NCBI RefSeq assembly: GCF_009914755.1
Contig: NC_060930.1
Source of the DNA: the human T2T-CHM13v2.0 reference genome, Homo sapiens
DNA: 64,000 nucleotides
Reading direction: 5' to 3' (one strand)
Under the pieces are notes generated by a model, which was not told the DNA's origin, searched no databases, and saw only the letters and a list, made by a program, of their open reading frames with translations. Positions 26,267 to 42,944 of the stretch are shown in pieces (within the stretch, counting starts at the first letter, position 1; the number at the start of each line of letters is the position of its first letter). The translations under genes and the position numbers were made by a program.

Positions 26267-26725
26267 GCTGTGTTACACAGAATAATGATCCCCCCCAACC
26301 AAAAAAAAAAGGATGACCACACCCTAATACTCAGAACCCATGAATATGTTATATTATGTGGCAAAAGGGACTTTGCAGATATGATTAAATGATGTATCTA
26401 GGGAGATTATCCTGGATTGTCTGACTGGGCTGGAGGCAGGAGGGTCAGAGTCAGAGAAGGAGATGTGATGATGGAAGCAGAGGTCAGACAGAGATTTGAA
26501 GATGCTATACTGTTGGCTTTGAAGATGGACCCAAGAAACGCAAGCAAATTGTAGATGCGGGAGAAGGCAAGGAAATGGATTCTTCTCTAGCACCCTAAGA
26601 ACACAGCCCTGCCAACACCTTGATTTTAGGACTTCTGACTTCTAGAACTGCGAGATAAGAAACTTGTATGTTTTAAGGTACCAAGTTTGTGCTAACTTGT
26701 TACAACAGCAATAGGAAACTGATAC
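26267..26725 (+). mobile_element. MLT1D-like LTR
   Basis: ggcaaaagggactttgcagat...ggaaatggattcttctctag...ggaaactgataca. Confidence 0.75.
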
Positions 26726-26849
26726 AGTCAGTAATAAAGATAATAGTTGGTTTCCTGCAGCTTTCTCCATTACCTGGAAAAGAAGGGTACAATTCAGTAG
26801 GTCCCCTCAGAGACTATAGCAATATGACTGTGACCTGATGGAACCTCCA

Positions 26850-27310
26850 CATCTAGAGAAAAATGTCCAATAAACACTCAAACTGTACAGGTCTATGAAT
26901 GAGGAAAGAGGTTGAGTTAAAATAGATTTGGAAGAAATAAATTAATAATTGGTAATTTAAGCCCGAGGCATGGATGAGATCAATCAGGGAGAAAATACAG
27001 AAGACATAATAAGGAGAGGCAAGGATAGGGCCCCTGGAGAGCACTAACTTTAAAAGGAGGTGCAGATGATCAGAAGCCCAAAAAGAAGTCTGAGGAAGAA
27101 TGGCCAGAGAGAGAAAAGGAGAACTAGGTGAGCCTAATGCCTCTGAAGCCAAGCAAGCAAGATGGAGAGGGGTCAACAGAGTCAGAGACCACAAAAAGGC
27201 CAAGTATATCAAGAACTGGAAAGCATTCACTGGATTTAGCAACAGAAAAGTGATTGGTAACCAACAATAGCAAACTTCAGTGGGATAGTGGAGATAGATA
27301 CCAAATCACT
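26850..27310 (-). mobile_element. L2 fragment
   Basis: Purine-rich antisense L2 motifs (ggatttagcaacag...tggtaacc...ttcagtgg). Confidence 0.55.
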
Positions 27311-27898
27311 GAGATCTGAAAGGCAGATCAATATAGTGGATTGGCCTCTAGACTAGTTTGATGGGAGTTTTGAGATTCTAGTCTTGATTCTGGCCATTAA
27401 CTAGCTAGATAACTTTGAACAAATCCCTCAACTACTCCAGGCTTTGGTTTTCGCATCTGGCAAAGGATGAGATCAAGATGAGTCTATGATTTTCTCATTA
27501 ATTCCTAGATAATCCCCCCAGTTTTATTTTTTTATTTTTTGTCATATCTGATTCAATACTTTTATTTATTTTTATTTTTTATTTTTGAGACAGCATCTTG
27601 CTCTGTTGCCCAGTGTGGAGTGCAGTGGTACAATCTTGGCTCACTGCAGCCTCAACCCCCGGGCTCAATCACCCCAATTTCATATCAGACTCACTTGCTT
27701 ATAACAGCACACTTCAAATCCTTCTCAGACCATTTTCCAACCACTAAGAATCAGTATATTTCATGCCAGCTTCTGTCCTAGATACTATGGCTATAACACA
27801 GTTTTCAAGGAACTCACAATTTGGAGAGAGAGAGAGAAATACTAAGTATGTAACTAGCTGTCATAGTTCTTTAAAAAAAAAAAAAGAAAAAAAAGTAA

Positions 27899-28537
27899 GG
27901 CCAGGCGCGGTGGCTTATGCCTGTAATCCTAGCACTTTGGGAGGCCGAGGCGGGTAGATCACCTGAGGTCAAGAGTTTGAGATCAGCCTGACCAATATGA
28001 TGAAAACCCGTCTCTACTGAAAATACAAAAATTAGCCGGGCATGGTGGCATATGCCATCATCCCAGCTACTCAGGAGGCTGAGACAGGAGAATCACTTGA
28101 ATCCGGGAGGCAGAGGTTGTGTAGAGCCAAGATCTCGCCATTGGACTCCAGCCTGGGCAACAAGAGCAAAACTCTGTCTCAAAAAAAAAATTAAAATAAG
28201 TAAATAAATAAAAATAAAAAATAATAAGATAGACCTGATTGTGGTGGCTCATGCCCCGTAATCCCAGTGCTTTGGAAGGCCAAAATGGGAAGATCACCTG
28301 AGGCCAGGAGTTTGAGACCAGCCTGGGCAATATAGCCAGACACCCATCTCTACAAAAATTTTCTAAAAATTAGCCAGGTGTGGTGGTGCGCACCTGCAGT
28401 TCTAACTACTTGGGAGGCTGAGGCAAGAGGATTGGGTGAGCCCAGGAGTTTGAGGTTACAGTGAGCTATTACCAGATTACAGTGAGCTATGACTGTGCCA
28501 GTGCACTTCAGCCTGGGCAACAGAGCAAGACCCTAAA
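27899..28537 (+). mobile_element. Two tandem Alus (AluS then AluJ)
   Basis: Dimers at about 27899-28210 and 28232-28537. Confidence 0.9.
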
Positions 28538-31164
28538 AGCTAGATATAAATATATTGTAAGTATAATACAATATACTATAACAGAATCTGTATGAAGTGA
28601 AATGAGGGATATATAAAGTGATACAGATAAGGGCGCAGTTAGCTCTATCTAATGGAAGTCAAGAGTGTTGTACTTACCTACACTGTTAAGTAAACACAGT
28701 ATGCCTCAAAAATGGACACAAATATATTAAGGCATTTCCATGGAGGTAAAAAAAGAACAGGAGAATTGTGCTAAACCAGCGTTGTCACCTAACATTCCTT
28801 CTAGGTAGTTTTGTTGTGATCTAAATGAATATTTATATATAACTGTTTCTAAACTAAAATTGGTTAGTTGTTAAAATGGACACAAATAAAAGTTAAATGC
28901 AAGAATAATTTATATTTTTCCAGTAGATTCAAGAGGAAATATTTTTTGTCACTAATGCCATGCTTTAATACATTTGCTTGTCTAATCCTCATGTATTATC
29001 TTACTTAATTTTGTAAACATTAGCTTATTGTATAGATCACTGACAAAGTATCTGTTTTAGCAGATAGGGACAAAGTTTAAATAATTTGGCCAAGGTCATA
29101 GTAGACCAAGATTTGGACCCAGCACAAGCATCCTCTTTCCAGGAAACCTTCCCTCAGGCCCTTAGTTGGTTTAAGTGCCCTCTCTCTGTACTATTAGCAT
29201 ATGCACACACATTCATTTTAGCGTTGACTTTAATAATAAGGATGTTTACCATGTACCAGATACATAGTACTTGCACCTGTGTTATCTATGTTTAAGTGTT
29301 TTGTAGGCATTAGTTCATTTAAGCCTCATAACTGCCCTTTGAAGTAGGTGATATTATTCACAATATTTTATAAAACAGGAAGCCAAGGCATAGAAAGTTA
29401 AGTAATTACTCAAGGTACAATTAATAAGTGATAAAGCTAGGATTCGAATCCATGCTTTTAACCCCCCAGGCTTCATACTATGTACCCTTTCCCTTATACT
29501 GAGGAATTCTAGAAGGCATAGTTGACAGGTTGTTGTGTGTGATATCACTCTGTGTTCCTCATATGAACACAAGAGAATTTTCTCTCTGAGCCACAAGTCA
29601 TGAAATATTTGGCTACCCTTGAGTAACTGATGTGTTTTCTCTTTATAGGCAATGTGAATTATATAACTGCCTGTTTTTCACTTTTCACTTTGCCAAGAAG
29701 CTCTGAGTAAATTTGTTGGCTCAGCGTTTGTAAGTGGGTGAATTGGCCTGCATATCTGTATTCTGTTGCTTTGAAATTTTTAAAAATAAATAGTTGAGAG
29801 AAAAATAATGTAAATTTTCTTTATTTTCCAAATTGTTGACAATGTACAATGATAATTTTTATAATTAGAAAAATAAACTTTGTTCTTAAAAGAACGTTTG
29901 AAGCTTCAAATGATTTCTCATGCTTTGACTCTGTGAATAAGAGCTGGTTTCAGGTTAAGTTGCATGAGTTAAATATAGAATCCAGGTTCATATAAAACCA
30001 AGACTTCTGTATGACCTGGAAAGTCCAGATCAATAGAATTGTTCAGACGGATCAAAAAGTATTTTAAGTAGCATAAAATAGTTGTAGCCCTTCTTGTTTT
30101 TAACTTATGTTTAAGTAATTTGAAACCACTTTTAGGTTATTTGGACACATGCTCCCTCGCTTTAGAAATCAAAAAACCCATTATCTTCCTATATGCTGAT
30201 GATATTTTATTATAATAAACTTTATGGCTGATTTTGTTGCTCACCGTTTATCAGAAGGAATGGATCAAGATCACCTGTTCCAAAACTAAAATAATTTTTT
30301 AGGGCACATGTCCTCAAATTTAATTGGCTTAGATCCAGTAACTAAATACCACGTTAATTTATTTACTTAAGGGTATGTTTTGCAAGTAATTCTTCCAGGT
30401 AGATTTACTGGCCAGCCACTTTGCTAAAAGCCATACATTTCATGGGAGCATTAATTAGATTTTCCTACCGTCAGAGTGAGCAACTGATCATTTCTTCTTT
30501 GAAAAATTTCAATCCAAATTTTGATCATTCTCCAACAGAGCATTCTAATGCCTAAATGGCCTAGGCAGGTGGGTAAGTACTCTATACTCAGCCCAGCAGA
30601 TTGTTGCTATGTGGTATAAGCATCCAAAGTTGCCAGATTTGAAATCTGTTGACCTCTAAATATTGGTAACTAATGGGAATTTTTTTTAAAGAAAAGAAAA
30701 ACATGACTTGTCTGTGAGTTCGCAGACCTCTTGCTCTATTGGATGGAACTTGATGGTCTTGAACACTTATTTTTTTTATTTTTGAAGTGTTGTTTTTTTA
30801 AGGAAAATCCTAGATTGCCTGCAGGGGCTCTCTCTATTCACTACCATATGGAGAGGAATGTTCCTATTTAGGTGAGAATCTTAATAGGGTGACTCACTCT
30901 TCACAAAAGGCTGTCAGCCCTCTACCATCTGCTTTTTAGATTACTGAATTCTAAACGGTATGTATCTGCCTTTAGTCAGCCACACAATATTAGCTGGTCC
31001 ATCAGGACACTGCATACCTGACCATATTGTCCTGAGCACACACACAGAAACTTTCCTCATCCACCACCAAGAGTGTTTTCATGGCTTGTATTTTGAGTAT
31101 TGTGTCTTCTGCATATGTTAAGCAATTCTGGAAGAGACAACTCCACAGAGCCCACCAGTGCATT

Positions 31165-31778
31165 GTGTGGGCAAATAGGCAAAGCTTCCCCTCTGCCCTC
31201 TGAAGCTGTGCTGAAAATGAACTGACAATATGCAGATTAGGAGAAAAGGGTATGCAAATTTATTAACGTGCATAAGCACAGGGGAATCACAGGAGAATGA
31301 TTATCCAGTAACACAACGAGGTCCAGATGCTTATATACCCTTAATAAGAGAAGGAGAGATGGGGGAGATGTGGTAATTTTAAGGGACAGTAAGTTATTTT
31401 TAGGAGGAATAAATGGCTCCAATGCTCAGGCAATGGTTAGTAAATGATTCTCTTTGGGAATTGAGTGGGAAGGGAAAGTGGATGATAGTTTGGGACAAAG
31501 TTTGGGCTCTACATGTGGTGTTTAATTTTCAGTCTCTTCCTCTGATGTGAGGTTTAATCTCTAGTTAATTTCAGGGAGGGAATCAAAGGCAATTGTGTTC
31601 CTCTTTGATGGGTCCAATTTATAGGTATATAAGGGAACTAAAGAGAAGAGCCTCATCCTGAGCTTTAGGAGAGATAAGATTGGAGATGGGATGTGGGTGA
31701 AGAGGTGTCAGATTTTGAAGCTGCTTCTTTAGTACTTCAAAGTGCCATATATTGGGGTATCATCTTCTAAGCTCCAAT
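31165..31778 (-). mobile_element. ERV1-type solo LTR (MER34/MER39-like)
   Basis: Terminal motif caaagtgccatatattggggtatcatcttctaagctccaa, plus gcttcccctctgccctctgaag. Confidence 0.5.
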
Positions 31779-32087
31779 AGCTTTTACTATAGGATTGTTA
31801 CTCTGCACTTGATCACATGAGAATTTTCTTTCAGAGCCAGGTATCATGAAGAGCTTGGCTACTCTTGAATAACTGATGTGTCTTGCTTACAGCAAGTGAA
31901 TTGCATAGCTGGATATGTGTTCCTTTTCACCTTAGCTGCCATGAAGCTCTGAGTCAAAGTGTGGCTCCATTTTAGTGCCTGAGTAGAAACCTGTGGTCTG
32001 TATATCTGCATTCTAATTTGTTTTCTACTGGTACTAAACCTTGTACTTAAGTTTGGGTTTTCTCCTTCTCTGGTTTATCTATAATTT

Positions 32088-32378
32088 CCTTTTGCGACGG
32101 AATCTCACTCTATTGCCTGGGCTGGCTGGAGTGCAATGGCGAATCTCAGCTCACTGCAACCTCCGCCTGCCGGGTTCACGCAGTTCTCCTGCCTCAGCCT
32201 CCCAAGTAGCTGGGATTACAGGTGCATACCACCACGCCTGGCTAATTTTTTGTATTTTTAGTAGAGATGGGGTTTCACTATGTTGGCCAGACTGGTCTTG
32301 AACTCCTGACCTCATGATCCACCCACCTCGGCATCCCAAAGTGCTGGGATTATAAGGGTGAGCCACTGCACCCAGCCG
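32088..32378 (-). mobile_element. AluS
   Basis: Antisense dimer. Confidence 0.9.
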
Positions 32379-32537
32379 GCTTACCTATAATTTTCTACAT
32401 TCTGTTTGTAATTTCACTAGCCACTTCAAGTTGTTTGTGAAAAAACTAGGAAAATGAATGGTAAATACACTTATGATGACTATCTTATTCCTAGTCCCTT
32501 TCCCTCACTTCAGGTAAAAGTTAAAACTTATACACCT

Positions 32538-32873
<336 letters not shown>

Positions 32874-33771
32874 CTAAGAGTATATCTTGTTTATGAGTTC
32901 TCTAGCATTTTACATAAGATAAATAGAGCTAAAACGATGAATTGTCTTTTAATGTTATTGCAGCTCTGCAGCATGTCATTCTCTTAACTTTGCTTTTTTT
33001 TTTTTTTTCCTGAGGGAGATGGATAGGTGAAGTAATGGTTGACAAGCATAAGTGGGAAGCTTCAAGTCCCAGGTTCTCCCATCAAATCATTTTCTCACAA
33101 TCTTGCTCAGTATTCTCTTCTAGTAGGCCAGAATTTGAAGGATTAGCTCTCTGTATATCTAATCTAAATCCTACTCCTTGTTTTAAACTCTTTGATTTCA
33201 AATATTAATGATCTGGTACTATTCACTAGTGTATCTATTTCCACATACTTTCTTTAACTGAAGGAACATGGAAGATTCTAAGCAGGATTCATTGTTGTCT
33301 TAATACATCTTTTATATTTGCTAAGTTGAAGGCAGAAAGGTAACTGAGTGCTATGACTATTCTTAGGCATTGTCATCAACACCAATGTGTCTATGATTTA
33401 ATATTTTAATACTGTACTTACCTTGAGAACTGGACAGTAAAGTTGCTTTGTAAATGTAAGGTAAACATTTCAAATATACTATAATCTTTGTAGTCATATT
33501 TTGTATTTTTTCATTGCTTAATATACCCTGAGCCAAAAACAAAAAAAATAGCCTAGGCTATTTTCTACTTCAATTTTCATTTACTTGGCTACTTTGTGCC
33601 AGGCACAGAGGGGATACAGAGATGGAGGATATCGTTTCTGATCTAAAGGAGCTAACAGTCTAGAACTGCACTGTCCAGTATGGTAGCCTCTAATCACATG
33701 TGGCCATTTTAATTTAAATTAAAAATCCAGTTTCTCGGTCATACTAGCCATATTTCAAGAAGCCAATAGTG

Positions 33772-34090
33772 GGCGGGCACTGTGGCTCACACCTGTAATC
33801 CCAGCACTTTGAGAAGCCGAGGCCGTAGAATTGCTTGAGCCCAGGAGTTCGAGATAAGCCTGGCAAAATAGTGAAACCCCATGTCTGCAAACATAAATAA
33901 ATAAATAAATAAATAAATAATAGCGGGGCACGGTAGTGTATGCCTCTAGTCCATGCTACTTAGAAGGCTGAGGCAGGAGAATCGCTTGAGCCCAGGAATT
34001 TGAGGCTGCAGTGAGCCAAGATCTCACCATTGCACTCCAGCCCAACCAACAGAGGGAGACCCCATCTCAAAAAAAAAAAAAAGAAAAAAA
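33772..34090 (+). mobile_element. AluJ inserted in a MER3-like hAT element (about 33666-34172)
   Basis: Alu dimer with (TAAA)n linker; flanks read cactgtccagtatggtagcc and tattggacagtgc. Confidence 0.85.
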
Positions 34091-35122
34091 ATTGTCAATA
34101 GCTACTGTATTGGACAGTGCATGTATACAACATTTCTATTATTGCAGAAAGTACTTTTGGATTGTGTTGGTCTAAAACTCATATAAGACTCAGACATGCA
34201 AAGTAGGGCAAGGCAATTTCAGACAGAAAGATCGTGTGTGAAGTATGCATAAGAATGACTTGGGGGGCATGTTGATTCCTGCTGCCAGATATTCTCATTT
34301 AAGGGGTAGCAGGAGAGCCTGTGTTTTTAACAAATACCCCAGGTGATTCTGATGCGGAAGGTGTGTGGACTACACAGAAAAATCATGTAGGGTAAGTGGC
34401 AATCGCCTAATAGAATGATTCTGAACTTCCTACTTAAATGGCATCTGGTGCTTGAGCCAATCTAATTTTGACTTAGCCAGATAAGAGTGCGGTGAATACA
34501 TTTGTACCTCAAGTGTTGTAGAGCATTTTGTACTCTTTAGGTGTCTAAAGACATATCAAAGGTTATAGGTGTCTTGAATTTGTCATGTACATTTTGAATA
34601 CTTTAAAAGGATGTGTTTAGGTCAGGATAGGCTAGGTTATGCAACAGTAAAAACCCCAAAAACATCAATGTATTTTTCCAAAAGGGAAAGAGAGAACTCT
34701 AGAGGATCTCACACTACCAAGAGTCCAGAAAAGACAGACATCACTTCTCACAAGTCATGTCAAAACTCAACACAGAACCAACCCTAAGGAAGCCAGAAAG
34801 TGCAGTCCTACCATGTGTTCAAAAGAGAAACAGAACCAGATAAGGGTGAGCAGCACCTATGATTACCACGTGATGGTAAAGGAAATAATGGTGATCGTGC
34901 TGCAAGACAGATGAGACTTCCAGACACACATAGTGGTGGTGAGTGGCAGAGATGTGTAGGACTAGGATGAGTTTTAGAGAAATTCTTGACTGAGAGAAAG
35001 AAGCCAGCATGAAATGACGAAGAACTGAAAGTTGAGTTAGAGTGTTTTGTAGACAAACACCGTTGACTACCTCTCTCTTTAAGACAAAGGCTTGATCCTG
35101 AAAGGGATCTTAATCTAAGGTT

Positions 35123-35425
<303 letters not shown>

Positions 35426-36288
35426 GAAGCTTTGGGTTCTTGAGAGGATGATGTAAAATATTATGATATAGGCAAAGGGACACATCTGTAAGCTGACAGT
35501 GCTATGTCAGAGAAGGATCAAAGAGCCAGCAGTCTCAGAAGAGTCCTGCTTCTGTCTAATCTGGGGAGAAGACTGTTCAGTCCAATGCTACCTGAAGGGC
35601 CCCGGGCAGTAGACCCTGGTGTAGAAGGAGAAAAGTAGCTCCAGGAGAAGCCATTTAATTCCACTGATAGCAGGAGTCAGCTATTCTGGATTTTGGTGGT
35701 TTTGTTTTGTTTTGTTTTGTTGTGTTTTGGTCTTGGTTTACTTTCTTCAAGCTATTGAATGCCCCTATATATGACTATGATTTTTCTAATGTCTGCACAC
35801 ATCAGTGTGTGTATCTAAACTGTATAACTCATAAATATTCAGTGACTCACCTTGTAAAAGGATTTCAGTCTCTTGCTCTAGTGAAGCAAGATCATGTGAA
35901 CACTAATCTTGACCAGCGAAATGTAAATGAAACTAATGTGTATTAGTTCTAGCTGAAGTTTTTATGCTCTCTGTTCCTCTGCCAAGATGACCAACAGTGT
36001 TCCAGAAAAAAAACTGCCATTGATTTTAGCTGAGACCCTCAGAGGCCTGTGTAGTGTGAGGAGAAATAAATCTTTGTTGTTGTAAGCCACTGATTTCGGG
36101 GATCATTGTTACTGTAGCATAACCCAGCCCATACTAACTGATATTATGTGGATTCTGTCACCATCTGTGCAGAGTAGGCCATTGAGATACATCAGGCAAT
36201 GATGGATTAGAATGAAAAATAAAGGAGAAATGTATGTTCCAAAATACTGTTTTATAATGATAAAAAGCCAAATGAAGAAGATATAATT

Positions 36289-36580
36289 GGGCCAGGCATG
36301 GTGGTTCATGCCTGTAAACCCAGCACTTTGGAAGGCCAAGGTGGGCAGATCACCTGAGGTCAGGAGTTGGAGACCAGCCTGGCCAACATGGAGAAACCCT
36401 GTCTCTACTAAAAATACAAAAATTAGCCAGGCGTGGTGGCACGCGCCTGTAATCCCAGCTACTTGGGAGGCTCAGGCCGGAGAATCGCTTGAACCCAGGA
36501 GGTGGAGGTTTCGGTGAGCCAAGATCACGCTATTGCACTCCAGCCTGAGCAACAAGAGTGAAACTCCGACTCAAAAAAAT
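36289..36580 (+). mobile_element. AluS
   Basis: Dimer. Confidence 0.92.
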
Positions 36581-37212
36581 ATATATATAGTTGTTATAAA
36601 TCTCTATACATCAAGCAGTTTAGTAGCAAACTACATAAGGCAAAACCTTTTAAAAAATACAAGGAGATTTTCATAAAACTATAATTTTATTAGAAGGCTT
36701 AATACGTGTTTCTAAACTTTGATGTACCAAATGACTAATAATAATAACAAGGCTATGGAGGATTTTAATTAAACCCTCAACGAGCTTGATATAATAGTTT
36801 TGAATAGAACTTAGTATCTTATAATAGAAAATACAACTATTCTTGTCCAAGGAACATTCACAAAAATCAATCATACACTTGTTCACAAAGAAAATTTTAA
36901 AATGGTAAACTTCAAAAAGAAGAAATGATACAGTGTATGTTCTCTAGCCACAATGAAATTAGAACTAATATTAAAAGATTGCAAAATAAAAATTATCTTG
37001 AGATAGAGGAAATATAAATTGCAATTATTTTCTTTTAACTTTTAGGTTTGGGGTGCATGTGCAGGTTTGTTCCATGGGTAAACTTGTCTCACAGGGGTTT
37101 GTTGTACAGATTATTTCATCACCCAGGTATTAAGCCCAACACCCAATAGTTATCTTTTCTGGTCCTATTTTTTTTAATTACAGAAGAATAGCAATGGGCA
37201 CTTTACATATCA

Positions 37213-37997
<785 letters not shown>

Positions 37998-39419
37998 TTA
38001 TGGCTACAAAAATGCTGCATAACGAACACACACAATCTCAGTGGTATACAGCGATAAGCATTTATTTCTTGCTCATGCTGATCAGCTAAGATCCCTGTGC
38101 TTCAACTGTGGAACACTCTGGAGTCCAGGTGGGAAGGGCAGTGGCTCACTGGAGCATGGTTTTCTCATGGTGACGGCAGCAGTGCAAGAGCACAAGCCTG
38201 ACCACAGAAACATGTCGGGTCTCTGCCCAGGTCACATCTGCTAACATCCTCAGATCCTACCACTCTCTTTCTCACTCACTCCACTGTAATTGCTTTGGCC
38301 TCTTTGCTCTTCCTGCTGCTCTCCCTGTGCCACCACGCCAGCTGATTTTTTTTTTTTTTTTTTTGTATTTTTAGTAGAGACAGAGTGCCCTCCCCTAGCA
38401 CATTCATTCCCATGGCTCACTACCTCACTTCAGGTTTCAGCGTCAATGTCTTTTGTCAATGAGGTCTTTTCTGACCAACCTGTATAAAATAGCAACTTTA
38501 CCTGTATTCCACCTTTCTCCATAGCAGCAACTATCAACAGCAACTTATATCTACACACATACATGTATACTTGTTTATTTATTGGCTTCTCCACTAGAAT
38601 GTAAGCTCTGTGAATTTAGCACTTTGATTTGCTCACTGCTGTTTCCCCAGCACCTTTAGCAGTAACTGGCAAATAGTAGAACCTAAATAAAAATGTATTA
38701 AATGAAGAAGTGAGAAACCATTTCATACCAATCAGATTGCAAAAAGTAAAGTTTGATCCCTCCTGTTGTTAAGTTTGTGGAGCAACTTAACTCTTCAACA
38801 CTGCTAGTAGACATGTATAGTACAATAGTATTATCAGTGTTTCAGAGACTGCTCATTTACTTCCAATATCAGTTTTCCCTTTCTTCCTTAGTAATAGAAT
38901 CCACTATTTTTTGTAGAGCATTTAACCACCCAGAATAAAGATGACACATCCCAGTCTCTCTTGCAGCTAGGTGTGATCAGGTGACTAAGTGCTGGCCAAC
39001 AGTATATACTTGGAAGTCTTTCTTCTCCTCTTCTCCCTTCTTGCTGGCTGGAATGTGTATGTGATGAGTGAAGTTTGAACATCCATATTGCACTACAAGA
39101 TGAAGACCGCATGCTAAAAATGGTGGAGCAGCAAGACGGAAGTCTCCTGTATCCCTGATGATTTTGTGAAGCCACCACTCCACCCTTGCACTGCCTAGCT
39201 CTGGATTTATTTTATGTAAGTGAGAAATGTTTTGCTATTTTTAAACCCGCTATTATTTTGGGCTTAGTATCACTTGCAACTAAACCTAATCTTAATAGAT
39301 AAATCACTTTGGAGAATAATTTGACATATCTAATGAAGTTGAAGATGGCATGTGCCAGGACCCAGAAATTTCACTCCTAGGTGTAACTCCTAGATGTAAC
39401 CCTAGATATAGTTCTCCCA

Positions 39420-42944
<3,525 letters not shown>

